Origin: Chiloscyllium plagiosum
Lineage: Eukaryota
Length of the DNA: 32,349 nucleotides
Direction: 5' to 3'
Assembly (NCBI RefSeq): GCF_004010195.1
Contig: NC_057751.1
Span: 18,526,999 to 18,559,347 of the forward strand
Numbering within the stretch: the first letter of the stretch is position 1; every line of letters begins with the position of its first letter. A program made the translations under genes and the position numbers. Below the pieces are notes generated by a model. That model was not told where the DNA came from. It saw only the letters and a program-made list of their open reading frames with translations, and searched no databases. This document shows, in pieces, positions 22,775 through 32,349 of this stretch.

Positions 22775-22940
22775 GTGGAAAGTTTAAACTAGTTTTGCAA
22801 GGGGGACTAGAACCCCAAGCAGTCGTGGGATGAGAGAATTGGTTGATGTGGTAGTGATAGAGAACAACTTAAATAGGCGAGGCAAGCAAGAGCATGACAG
22901 AGAAGAAGGGAAGATGGTGAACTGAGCGGCATTTATTTCC
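22775..22940 (+). mobile_element. Small CR1 fragment (ORF1 end / ORF2 start region)
   Basis: gtttaaactagttttgcaaggggga...gaacc and ...gcatttattt resemble recalled CR1 ORF1-ORF2 junction sequence. Confidence 0.4.
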
Positions 22941-22965
22941 CACCATTCGGTCTTGCTCAGTTTTG

Positions 22966-23060
22966 TTCTCTATGTGTCTCTGTCTCTCTTTCAGTCTTTC
23001 TCTCTCTCTCTCTCTCACTCACTCTCTTTCCATTTTGCTTCATCGCTCTCTCTTTCTCTC
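22966..23060. repeat. Imperfect (CT)n microsatellite
   Basis: Direct reading. Confidence 0.85.
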
Positions 23061-23789
23061 AATCTATATCTCACACAAATCGCACCACGCTAATCTCAAA
23101 GAGCTGAAACCAGTACATCTAAGGGAAAGTTTTAACTTCCACCAGGTCCTTTGCCGGGACAGGTCTCAGACCTTTAGAATGTCATTATCAGAATGTTGAA
23201 GAAAAGGGGCTGCTTTCAGGCTCCCGAAAAGCCACTGGATATTTATATTTTGCACGCTTCAGGACACAATCACAAGAATCCAAACCTATGGGGGGATGGA
23301 GAAAAGGACAAAACAGTACTTTATATGGCACGTGTGCCACATGGCTGGACAATGGGCTCCAGTTATTATGGGTACAGATAATGCATGAGGCAGGATGGCT
23401 AACTGCATTAATTTGATTCAATTAAAATCAGGCCCAGTGGGCAGTTGTTGTTTAGGCACTGTCTTTGAAATTGTTAACCCTCATGGACATGATGGATAGG
23501 GTAGTGGAAGCTTGTTTTTGCAGGTTTATTCCTGGTGCTGTCACACGTCAGCATATGCAACCTTGCACAGAATGGATCTTAGCTTCCTTCATGCCATGCT
23601 CTCCTCAGTCATGTCCAGTTAGGTTGCCATAGTCACTTGGTAACTTCACCTAGCTCCAGTGGAACATTCAGGTAGGGCATGCGGGCCCACAGTATGTCAA
23701 GAACAGCCAACCTTTATTTGTGCCTGCTTGTAATAGAGGAAGCGCAGTGGCCAATGTACCCACAGCAAGTTCCTGTAAACATCAATTAG

Positions 23790-24385
23790 ACTTTTTCCAT
23801 CCCATTTTTTGGGATTTGGGTTGGACCCTATATTTATTGCCCCTTGAGGCACAATCTTTAACTGCTGCCGTTGATGTGGTGTAGGGACACAGTGCCATTA
23901 GGGAGTGAGCTGCTGGATCTTGACACAGTGACACTGATAAAATGGCAGATAAATCTCCAAGTGGGGATGGTGAGTGGCTCAGATGGGACCTTACAGGGGG
24001 TGGGGTTCACTGATATATCCTGCTTTTGACCTTCTCCTTGGAAGTGGTCGTGGGTTTGGAAAGTGCTGACTAAGGATCATTGTTGTATTTCTGCTGTGCA
24101 TCTTGGCAGTGAAACACACCACTGCTACTGGGTGTTTGCGAATGTGGTGCAAATCAAGCGGTCTGTTTTGCCCCAATTGGAGTTAAGCCCTTGTGTGTTG
24201 TTGGAGCTACGCCCATCCGGGACAAGTGGGGAGCATTCCCTCACACTCCTGATTTGTGCCATGTCGATGGCAGGACACGATTGGGGAGTTAGAAAGTGAG
24301 TTCCTCGCTGCAGGATTCCCAGCTTCTGACCTGCTCTTGTAGCCATTTGTTTATATGAGCTGGATGAGTTCAGTGTCTTGTCAAT
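23790..24385 (-). mobile_element. L2/CR1-group LINE 3' fragment
   Basis: Minus translation ATRAGQKLGILQRGTHFLTPQS...AQIRSVRECSPL is typical of the post-RT region of these LINEs. Confidence 0.75.
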
Positions 24386-24652
24386 TCTATCATCGGTCTG
24401 ACGGGTAGAGTGCGCTGGTGACCAAATGCAATTGTTCTGAGGGCTATCAGTGCTGTGTAAGTTGCCAATTTTATCACTAAGATGCTTAATTATGCCCACA
24501 GTCTGACACAAATAAACGATCAGACTTCAGGTTTCATCAATAGAACCACTGCAAAATTTTGTTTTAATTAAGAAACATATCCTTTTCTATGTGACAGCAT
24601 AGAATCTAAATTATTCTTGTGCAAGTAAAATGATATTTCCCTCTAAATCCCA

Positions 24653-24733
24653 AACACATGCAACACACAGCAACATGCACACGTGCACATCCACACACTC
24701 ACTCACTCATGTATACACACACATACATTCACA
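24653..24733. repeat. Imperfect (CA)n microsatellite
   Basis: Direct reading. Confidence 0.75.
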
Positions 24734-25756
24734 AATCCAATGGTCAAGACACAGGTCTCTGTCAAAATGTAATGTGCAGAAAAAATTAGTACAGAGGCAA
24801 ATTTGTGGATTATGAGTCGGATTGCAAGAGTGGAATTAGATGACTTTTGCACACTCCTTCTGGCTTTAAGTGGCACTGTCAGATTGTTGACGTCATGTCA
24901 GTAGCCGGACAGTTGGAACGAGGTCTTGACTTCAGATAGATGTTCTTCCTTGCCAAGCATTTCAGAGCTCCACTCACAGAAAATTTTAACTAAAGAAAAA
25001 GAGCAAGAGAAACCTGTAGCAACTTCAAGACAAAAGTAGTCCCTCTGCGGTTTCTGTTTCCAAAAAAAAAGTATTCAGTTTATCCGAAAACAGCATGACC
25101 TTGTGTTGCCAAAATGTATACAGTTTAGTATAATCGAGGTAACGAATTGATTCTATAGAATGTAACATAACAGCACTCAATCCAGAGCATATTGTGAAAA
25201 TGAGCATTCACTGGGATTCTATTCCCAAATGCAAAGTGCGTAATCCTGGCAGTGCTAATCGCCAGGATATTAACAAATGTGATACTGATTTGAAAAGTGG
25301 TTGATGGTCACGTGCCTGACTGCATTAATTCCCATCTGTTCTGTTGCAGTAATCGTTTCATGCTGCTGATTTTCCAAGCTATCATGCAAAGGTTGGGACT
25401 GCCGAGAATATACCATGACATTACCATTGTCAAAGAGGTGTGAGGCGTGGTTGCCCAGCTCTGTCGTACAGATTTGGCAATTATGGTGGACAAGATCCGG
25501 GAGAAACAAAATATAAAATGTGTCTGGGGAGGATTGACGGCACCTGTTACAAACTGCACCCACAGTAATTCTAATCCGGCTGGGGTGACACCTCTGTCGG
25601 GGTTAGGTAACAGAGAGCGGAGTGTGAGTGTCATCAGCGGGTAGGGGAGCTCACTGCATTGGTAATTAAGGGTCACAGACTGGAGGGACATGGGCTAAAA
25701 TCCCATGCCCCCACAGCTGGGAAATGTTTTGTTCAGTTTCACAACAAGAAATGCTT

Positions 25757-25761
<5 letters not shown>

Positions 25762-25819
<58 letters not shown>

Positions 25820-25835
25820 AGAGACAGAGACAGAG
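25762..25835. repeat. (AG)n microsatellite, perfect to ~25814
   Basis: Direct reading. Confidence 0.95.
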
Positions 25836-26295
25836 CAGAATTCACATTTTGGCTGAGTCATTCATAGTTAATTGTGTAATGTCAGCATGACTGAGGCTGC
25901 ACCTTTACTCAAAGTCAAGGGCAGTATGTGATTTATTCACTGCCCTTTCACGGAAGCAGAGAGGATGGCAATGGACAAGCTTTGCCATGTGGAACTCGCC
26001 CCATGTACGTGCATTTGACCCATATCCTTCTTAACAGTTCCTCTTCATGTACCCATGTAGTTGCCTTTTATATATAGTAATGTTACACTCCTCCACCACT
26101 TTCTCTGATAGATGATTCCATTCATGCACCACTCTCTGCATGGAAAGGTTGCCCAAGATGCCTTATAAATCTTTCCCTTCTCATTTTAAACCTGGCCCTC
26201 TAGTTTTGGACTTCTCTACGCTGTGAAGACGACCTTTGGCTATTAATATCCCTCATGATTTCATAAACATTTATAAGGTCGCCGTTAGCCTCCAA

Positions 26296-26548
26296 AGTTT
26301 CTTTAGTCAGGTGGTGGTAAATCTTTTGAATTCATTGCGAGATAAGACTGTGCAGCCCAGGTCAATGACTATATTAAAACAGAGATAGATAAGTTCATGA
26401 ATGCCAACGGGATCCAAGTTTCGGGGAGAAAGCGGGAAAATAGTGTTGAAAAACCTATTTGCCATGATTAAATACTGAAGAGGACCCGTTGGACCGAAAT
26501 GCCTAATGCCAGCTCCTATGTCATTATGGTCATATCATTTTATGGTCC
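26296..26548 (+). mobile_element. CR1 LINE extreme 3' fragment nested in opposite orientation
   Basis: tttctttagtcaggtggtggtaaatcttttgaattc...gagatagataagttc...gctcctatgtcattatggtc tail. Confidence 0.7.
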
Positions 26549-26693
26549 CAGTCTCTCCAGTCTTTCTCTAGAACTCAAATCCTCCAGAATCAGTAACATC
26601 CATGAAACCTTTCCATGTTAACGACGCCCTTCCTGTAGGAGGGAGAGCAGAACAGTACACAGGACTACAAAAAGTAGCCTTATCAATGTCCTG

Positions 26694-26828
26694 GGAGCAG
26701 GATAATCGACATTTAGAACATAAGCTCTTCATCAGGATTCCTCGAAATGTCGATTCGCCTGATATCTGATCTGCTGTGCTTTTCCAGCACCATACTTTTC
26801 GACTCTGATCGGCTGTCCACACTTTCTC
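26694..26828. mobile_element. Older Penelope-like insertion with 5' inversion and decayed hammerheads
   Basis: Minus-strand core cctgatgaagagcttatgttctaaatgtcgat joined at ggattcc to a plus-strand terminus. Diverged TSD ccttatcaatgtcctg (26678-26693) / ccttgccaatgccctg (26829-26844), 13/16. Confidence 0.7.
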
Positions 26829-27634
26829 CCTTGCCAATGCCCTGTACAGCCGCAATGTGATGTCTCAACTCCTATACTCTGTACTTAGCAAAGAAAAAAG
26901 AATGCCAAATATCTTCTTCCCTGTCTATGTGTGACGCAAATTTCAAGGAACTATGTACCTGAACCCGTAAGTTTCTTTGTACAGCCAGACTCCCCAGGGC
27001 CTGTGTCCCCACTCCCCTGTGTCAGTCCTGCCAGTCCTTCCCAACATCTCGCACTTCTCTGCATGAAACTCCATCTGCCACTCTTCAGCTCATTATGCAT
27101 ACAGCTCCACCTACTCCTGAACACTGTGCCATTAAGTCCAAGGTGTCAAATAGAGGTGAATTTATTAATATTTTCCAAATTTTTTGAGAGGGTAAACCAT
27201 GAGGAAACCTTCCTTCAGGATCTGAGTCTCATACTATCAGTGTTTGAAACACATACCAAGGGCAAAACTGAGAGGAACGGGGTCGAAGTGCAGGCAAGAC
27301 AATAAATTCTTTTCAGGGTCAAAGGTCAGAATTGTGGAGCGGCCAGAAGCCTTGCAGTCTGGGTAGTTAGATAAACTTGACGATACAATGGATGTGCTCC
27401 GATGCCGCCAATGATGGTCATTGTGTTGTTTGTTTAAACTCCAGGCGTGAGGCTTTGGTGCGCCTCTCTTTGCTTTGGTGAACAGACTCGGACAGAGCAG
27501 CTTGACAACATGCATCACTTGCACTGGGCACATTAAGCTTGTTTTGGTGCCTTTTATATCCGATGCTACTTCTTGGCACACGGTTGCCAGTCGACTCCAG
27601 GCAAAAGCAGAGCAGTGTTCAATCAAGCACGGTA

Positions 27635-28306
27635 AGGATTAAATGATGAACACTAGGACTATGGAAAGTACAGAGGGATCTTGGTGTACGTGAACATCTC
27701 TCCCTGAAGGTAGCAGGACAGGAGAGATAAAGAGTTTCAGAAGGATTATGGGATACTTTCCTTCAGTAACCAAGACATCGAGTTTAAGAGGTGAGTTTGG
27801 CTGGCAACCTTATACAAAGTCGGTGTGGCCACTCAACAAGAGTATTCTGGAATTTACATAATAGGAGGGATGTGACAGTACCGGCAGAGAAGGCAGAGGG
27901 AGATTTAACAGGATGTCGTCTGGTGCTGGAGAGTTTCAGTTATCAAAGAGAGATTGGGACAGATTGTGGAATATTTCCCTTAGGGCAGTGGAGTTTGACA
28001 GGGGATGTGACTGAAATAGATAAAATGAAGTGGACCATCGATAGGGTAGATAGGAAGGACGTTTTTCCCCTTGGTGTAGGGTTCAGTGATTTGGAGAAGG
28101 GGGCAGATGATGGGGGGATTCTGGAACTTGCTCATATTAAGTGGGGGGGGGGGGGGCAGTGAAGAGGCAGAACTTTGAAGGAGGATTTAGTTGTGGCACT
28201 TGCCATGCCAAGGATATGTGCCACATGCTGTAGAAACGGGGATTGGAATATGGAGGTGGTTGGCACAGACACGATATGCTGAAGGGTATTTCACTGTGCT
28301 ATGGAC
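27635..28306 (+). mobile_element. Decayed CR1 LINE 3' fragment
   Basis: gtacagagggatcttggtgtac, ccctgaaggtagcaggacagg, gagatttaacaggatg, gatagggtagataggaagg, gctgaagggtatttcactgtgct. Confidence 0.7.
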
Positions 28307-28417
28307 CACTGTTTGCCTCCTTGGGTATCTCCATTTAGTCCCCTATCCAACTGGGAGTGAGAAATCCACAGACACACGTCGCTGGGATTCAAAGACATAT
28401 CCACTACTTCCTCCCAG

Positions 28418-28642
28418 AAGTGTAGCTCTGGAGTCACATGTAGGCCAGACAAGGTAAGGATGGAATATTTTCTTTTCTAAACGGGCGTGGGTGAACCCAA
28501 TTAGGTTTTTACGCCAACTGATGATCCACTCAACTGCCGTCATTACTGAGATTCAGTTTATATTCCAGGTTTCTGAATCGTTTCCCATTCCATTCCAAGG
28601 GCTGAGTTTAGATTTGATCCCGTGTCATTGGAACATTGGCCG
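28418..28642 (-). mobile_element. Old SINE fragment, Deu-domain/SacSINE1-like
   Basis: Reverse complement contains aaaaacctaattgggttcac...ccatccttaccttgtctggcctacatgtgactccag, matching my recollection of the shark Deu-SINE core. Confidence 0.55.
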
Positions 28643-28853
28643 ACATCCCCACCATTCCCCATTGAATTCCTCCAATCGAATCATTTTTGTAAATTTTTTG
28701 GGCAGAAACAAAGTCTTCAGTCACGGTGGAGATGTGCCTTGATTCCAAAACTGTCTCTCCAACATGGAGCCTCTTATCATCTCTCTAATCGAGAACCCTG
28801 AGTTTCGGGGTGCTCAAGGAGATTGATCACAATCAGATTGAATGATGGGACAG

Positions 28854-29444
28854 GCTCAAGGTTTTGGCAAATGACTGAATCCTTCTCCAATTTGGCCCCT
28901 GGCTTCCCCTCTTTCGATGTATGGGTTTGGTCCGGGATCTGTGTTCTGTTGCAAGCTGATCTGCTCTTCTCTTTTGGCAGCTTCTCCTTGATAATGCACG
29001 AGACAGTGGCACGCTTGAGTTCCCAATGTGATGTGTTGTACATGAATTATATCTTCAAGGAGGAGTGGGATGGAACTTGCCTGACAAATGGGCACTGTGT
29101 TGGCATTAGCACCGCAGGTGGGCACGCAGGCTAGACCAGAAGGAATATGGGCTCAGCATATCTTTGTGCCTATTCAGGACAAGTTTGTAACACTTGGCTA
29201 GGGAGGTGGAGAGTGGCTCAACGGTTTGGTGAATGACTGAATCCTTCACTTGTTTGGCCCGAGTTCCCCTTTTCCGATGGAGGTGTTTGGGCTGGGATCT
29301 GTGATCTGTTGTAAGCTTATCTGCTCTTCTCTTTTGGCAGCTTCTCCTCAGTAATGAACAAGACAGTGGCATGCTTGACTTTCCAATGCGATGTGTTACA
29401 CATGTATCATATCTCATTATCTGAGAAGAGTGGGATGGAATTTG
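28854..29444 (+). repeat. Diverged direct duplication, ~230-bp unit, 360-bp period (28854-29079 and 29215-29444)
   Basis: Shared blocks aatgactgaatccttc, gggatctgtg, atctgctcttctcttttggcagcttctcct (AG at 28980 and 29340), agacagtggca, gagtgggatggaa. Confidence 0.9.
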
Positions 29445-29620
29445 GAACAACCTCGGCTGACTGAGGAGAACGATCATCATCCCCCTGCTGGCCAGACTGA
29501 GCGAAGATAATACTCTAGCGATCACACCACTCATTAGCATTTGAATTCCAAAATGAAACAGTCTGAACAGTTTCAAAATATGGATGCAAAAGACAGGGAA
29601 TGGTCACTCCTCAAAGTGGA

Positions 29621-29821
29621 AGTTGCATGACATCAGGTTATAGTTCATACAGTTCATTTGAAATCATAACATTTTGGAGCGCTGCCTCTTCGTTCCCTTA
29701 TCTTGTTTAAGGATTAGCATTCCAAAAGCGTGTGACTTGAAATAAATCTGTTGGATTATGACCTCGTGTTGTATGACTTCTGAACTTGTCCACCCAGTCC
29801 AAAAGCAGCATGTCCACATCA
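29621..29821. mobile_element. Decayed palindromic Penelope-like terminus (third family)
   Basis: Imperfect inverted arms at ~29621-29684 and ~29715-29779, then a tail cttgtccacccagtccaa...tccacatc. Family call is from recalled shark repeats. Confidence 0.55.
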
Positions 29822-30030
29822 TTATTTGTCATACTAACAGATACATATTTATAAGCTGAATATATGAGGCTGCCACCCACGAGATCACCACAGAGTAGAC
29901 GCTGATCATTACTTTATATTTCCTAATGTGGACGATATAAACTTTGTGAGACTGAAATATCTTATTAGAGTCACTAAAAGACAAACGGTGCTTGGAAATT
30001 TCTGACCGTATTTTGTTGCAAAATAGATGC

Positions 30031-30092
30031 GTGTGTGTGTGTGTGTTTGTGTGAGAGAGTGAGAGAGAGAGCGCGCGAGACAGAGCGCGAGA
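30031..30092. repeat. Compound (GT)n(GA)n microsatellite
   Basis: Direct reading. Confidence 0.85.
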
Positions 30093-30789
30093 AAATTGGA
30101 AAATACAATATATAGAACATTTAGTATAGTTTATAATACTGAAGTGGGGGTGAGATTCAGTGCTGACAGAGAATCGGGGAGGGATTTGGGGAAAACGTGA
30201 ATGGCAGTGGAGCTGAGAGGTAACGGGACTTGGGAGTGCTTGGAAGCCAGGATTCACAAAAGAGCAGGGAGTGACAGAGGTCAGAAGTTCCTGAGACTGA
30301 TGGGGGTGCTAGAGTATGTAGTGTGACAACAGAACTGCAAGTCGTAGGGTAGTACGGAGTTAGAACGGAGCTGCAAGTACCAGAGGTGCATGAAATAACA
30401 GCAGTGATGAGGAACTAGCGAGTGAAAAAAGGAGAGTGGACGAAGATGAGTAGAATTACTCAGCTATGGTATTTAGCTTCAGAGGAGTGTGTAAGGAGAT
30501 GTAGTGTGGAGTTCGAGGGAAGTATGAGGTAGCGGATGATTATGTAGTGAGAGGGGAATGTTCAGTCTCAGAAAAGTTAATTCCCTTGAATTCCATGCTT
30601 ACATTCAAATCGATAAGATCTCTCAAACTGACTCAACGCTCCACACAAATTTTCTTGTTGGGAGAAATACGCTATAAATAAGGAAGAAAGAAAAGAAAAT
30701 GAAGGAAATTACAGACCATTAAGCACAAAATGGGAAATGAAATGGTATGGACAATTTGTTGGACCAACCGCTAGAGCCTTGCTCGGAAT

Positions 30790-31130
30790 CTACTGAGAGG
30801 AGGAAGCACAGTGGAAAGAGTGCAGAGGAGATTGATCAAGATGATGCTTGGAACTATAGAGTTTTTGATGTGAAGTGAGGTTTCATAAACTGGACTAAGT
30901 ATTTTGCTTATAGCAGCTGAAGACTGAGGTGTTGACCACTGCTCAACAAAATAAGGAGGGTGCAATAGTAATTTGGATCATTAAAATATTATCGATTATT
31001 AAAATATAGTCTTTCAGTGATCAAGAAAGTGACAGGGCATCTGTGAATAACCTGTAGGATACTTTCAAACACAAAACAGTGGCTGGATTCTGGTTGGCAA
31101 AGTTGGGTGAGGATGTGGTGTTAATTAATA
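30790..31130 (+). mobile_element. Very old CR1 3' fragment
   Basis: ggaaagagtgcagaggagattgatcaagatgatgcttgga encodes ERVQRRLIKMMLG, a CR1 ORF2 C-terminal motif. Confidence 0.6.
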
Positions 31131-31139
31131 TGGAGTGAA

Positions 31140-31276
31140 GCGGCATGGTGGCTCATGGCGCCAGGGACCTGGGTTCAATTCCCTCCTTGGCCAACTGCCT
31201 GCACGGAGTTTGCACATTCTCCCCGTGTCCGTGTGGGCTTCATCCGTGTGCTCCGGTTTCCTCTCACAATCCAAAG
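31140..31276 (+). mobile_element. HE1-type SINE 5' part, internally deleted, joined to CR1
   Basis: gcggcatggtggctca[deletion]tggcgccagggacctgggttcaattcc...ggtttcctctcacaatccaaaga. Confidence 0.85.
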
Positions 31277-32349
31277 AATGACTAGGGTAGGAATAGGTCC
31301 AGTCAAGGATAGTAGTGGGAAGTTGCGTGTGGAGGCTGAAGAGATTGGGGAGACACTGAAGGAATACTTTTCGTCAGTATTCAATCAGGAACAGGACATT
31401 GTCGTCGATGTGAATACTGAGTCACAATTAAGTAGAATGGATGGCTTTGAGGTATGTCGAGAAGGGGTGTTGGAAATCCTGGAAAAGGTGAAAATAGATA
31501 AGTCCCCTGGGCCTGATGGCATTTATCCTAGGATTCTCTGGGAAGCAAGGGAGGAGATTGCAGAACCATTGGCCTTGATTTTTATGTCCTCAGTGTCTAC
31601 AGGAATAGTGCCAGAAGACTGGAGGATAGCAAATGTGGTCCCCTTGTTCAAAAAGGGGAGTAGGGATAGCCCTAGTAACTATAGGCCGGTGAGTCTCACT
31701 TCTGTTGTGGGCAAAGTCTTAGAGAGAATTGTAAGGGATAGGATTTATGAACATCTGGATAGGAATAATGTGATCAAGGATAGTCAGCATGGTTTTGTGA
31801 AGGGCAAGTCGTGCCTCACAAACCTTATTGAATTCTTTGAAAAGGTGACGAAGGAGGTTGATGAGGGCAAAGCGGTAGATGTGGTATATATGGATTTTAG
31901 TAAGGCGTTTGATAAGGTTCCCCATGGTAGACCACTGCAAAAAATACGGAGGTATGGCATTGAGGATGAGTTGGAGGTTTGGATTAGGAATTGGCTGGAT
32001 GGAAGAAGACAGAGGGTAGTAGTTGATGGCAAAGTTTCTTCATGGAGTGCCGTCACTAGCGGTGTTCCGCAAGGATCTGTTTTGGGACCATTGCTGTTTG
32101 TCATTTTTATAAATGACCTGGAAGAGGGGTTAGAAGGTTGGGTGAGCAAGTTTGCGGATGATACGAAAGTCGGAGGAGTTGCTGACAGTGAGGAAGGATG
32201 TGGCAGGTTACAGCAGGATATAGAGAAGCTGCAGAGCTGGGCAGAAAGGTGGCAAATGGAATACAATGTAGCTAAGTGTGAGGTGACTCACTTTGGGAAG
32301 AATAACAAAAAGATGGGGTACTGGGCTAATGGTCGGATACTTGGTAGGG
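31273..32349 (+). mobile_element. Young 5'-truncated CR1/HER1 LINE with uninterrupted reverse-transcriptase frame running off the window
   Basis: From ATG at 31278 there are 357 codons without a stop: KSPGPDGIYPR, PEDWRIANVVPLFKKG, NYRPVSLTS, QHGF, YMDFSKAFDKVPH, GVPQGSVLGPLLF, KFADDTK. Absent from the ORF track, presumably because no stop is reached. The endonuclease domain is missing. Confidence 0.95.

Larger units (their letters stand above)
25995..27100 (-). mobile_element. Decayed CR1 LINE 3' fragment with two nested insertions
   Basis: Similarity to 18900-19600 (cctccaccact...ctggccctctagttttggac...ctgtacagccgcaa...aaactccatctgccact). Interrupted at 26296-26548 and 26694-26828. Confidence 0.7.
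25350..29117 (+). pseudogene. Possible relic of an unidentified multi-exon gene (exon-like segments 25350-25606, 27445-27600, 28981-29117)
   Basis: Each segment is non-repeat-like and follows a pyrimidine-rich ...CAG acceptor. They end at AG|GTAACA, AG|GCAAAA and AG|GTGGGC respectively. Every phase-consistent chain contains stops, and no product was recognised. Confidence 0.3.

Noticed and set aside
25659..25856. ORF with RERERE run (similarly 22963-23199, 24630-24815, 29829-30257)
   Set aside because: Translations of microsatellites.
29073..29099. TCLTNGHC resemblance to the BMP type I receptor ectodomain
   Set aside because: Only an 8-residue match; the surrounding cysteine spacing does not fit.
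30100..30580. Purine-rich stretch as a distinct element
   Set aside because: Only scattered CR1-like words are present; no boundaries, periodicity or ORF could be supported.
31719..32266. Minus-strand ORFs of 160 aa and 73 aa (likewise 19027-19284 and 19609-19845)
   Set aside because: Antisense shadows of CR1 ORF2.
1..32349. CRISPR array, operon or prokaryotic defence system
   Set aside because: The sequence is intron-containing vertebrate DNA dominated by SINE, LINE and LTR relics. The recurring short hairpin repeats are dispersed and in both orientations, not regularly spaced.

Overview
Eukaryotic, repeat-rich vertebrate DNA, almost certainly from an elasmobranch (shark or ray), judged from HE1-type SINEs, HER1/CR1 LINEs and shark-type Penelope termini that I recognise from memory rather than by search. 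One intact gene is present: a two-exon class A orphan GPCR of the GPR139-like family (exon 1 8874-8922, exon 2 14068-14954, 311 aa). Upstream lies a decayed but nearly complete Gmr1-like Ty3/Gypsy retrotransposon (737-8391, minus strand, PR-IN-RT-RH order) carrying six nested insertions. Downstream are a related solo LTR with a 4-bp TSD, several CR1 and L2-like LINE fragments, unidentified exon-like relics including a 360-bp-period duplication, and a young CR1 RT frame fused to a SINE head at the right edge. The most notable hidden layer is a set of minimal hammerhead-ribozyme motifs in Penelope-like termini. It includes a TSD-flanked palindromic double-hammerhead insertion whose boundary falls exactly at the predicted GUC self-cleavage site. 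No prokaryotic system or CRISPR array is present. Most boundaries of old repeats are approximate.
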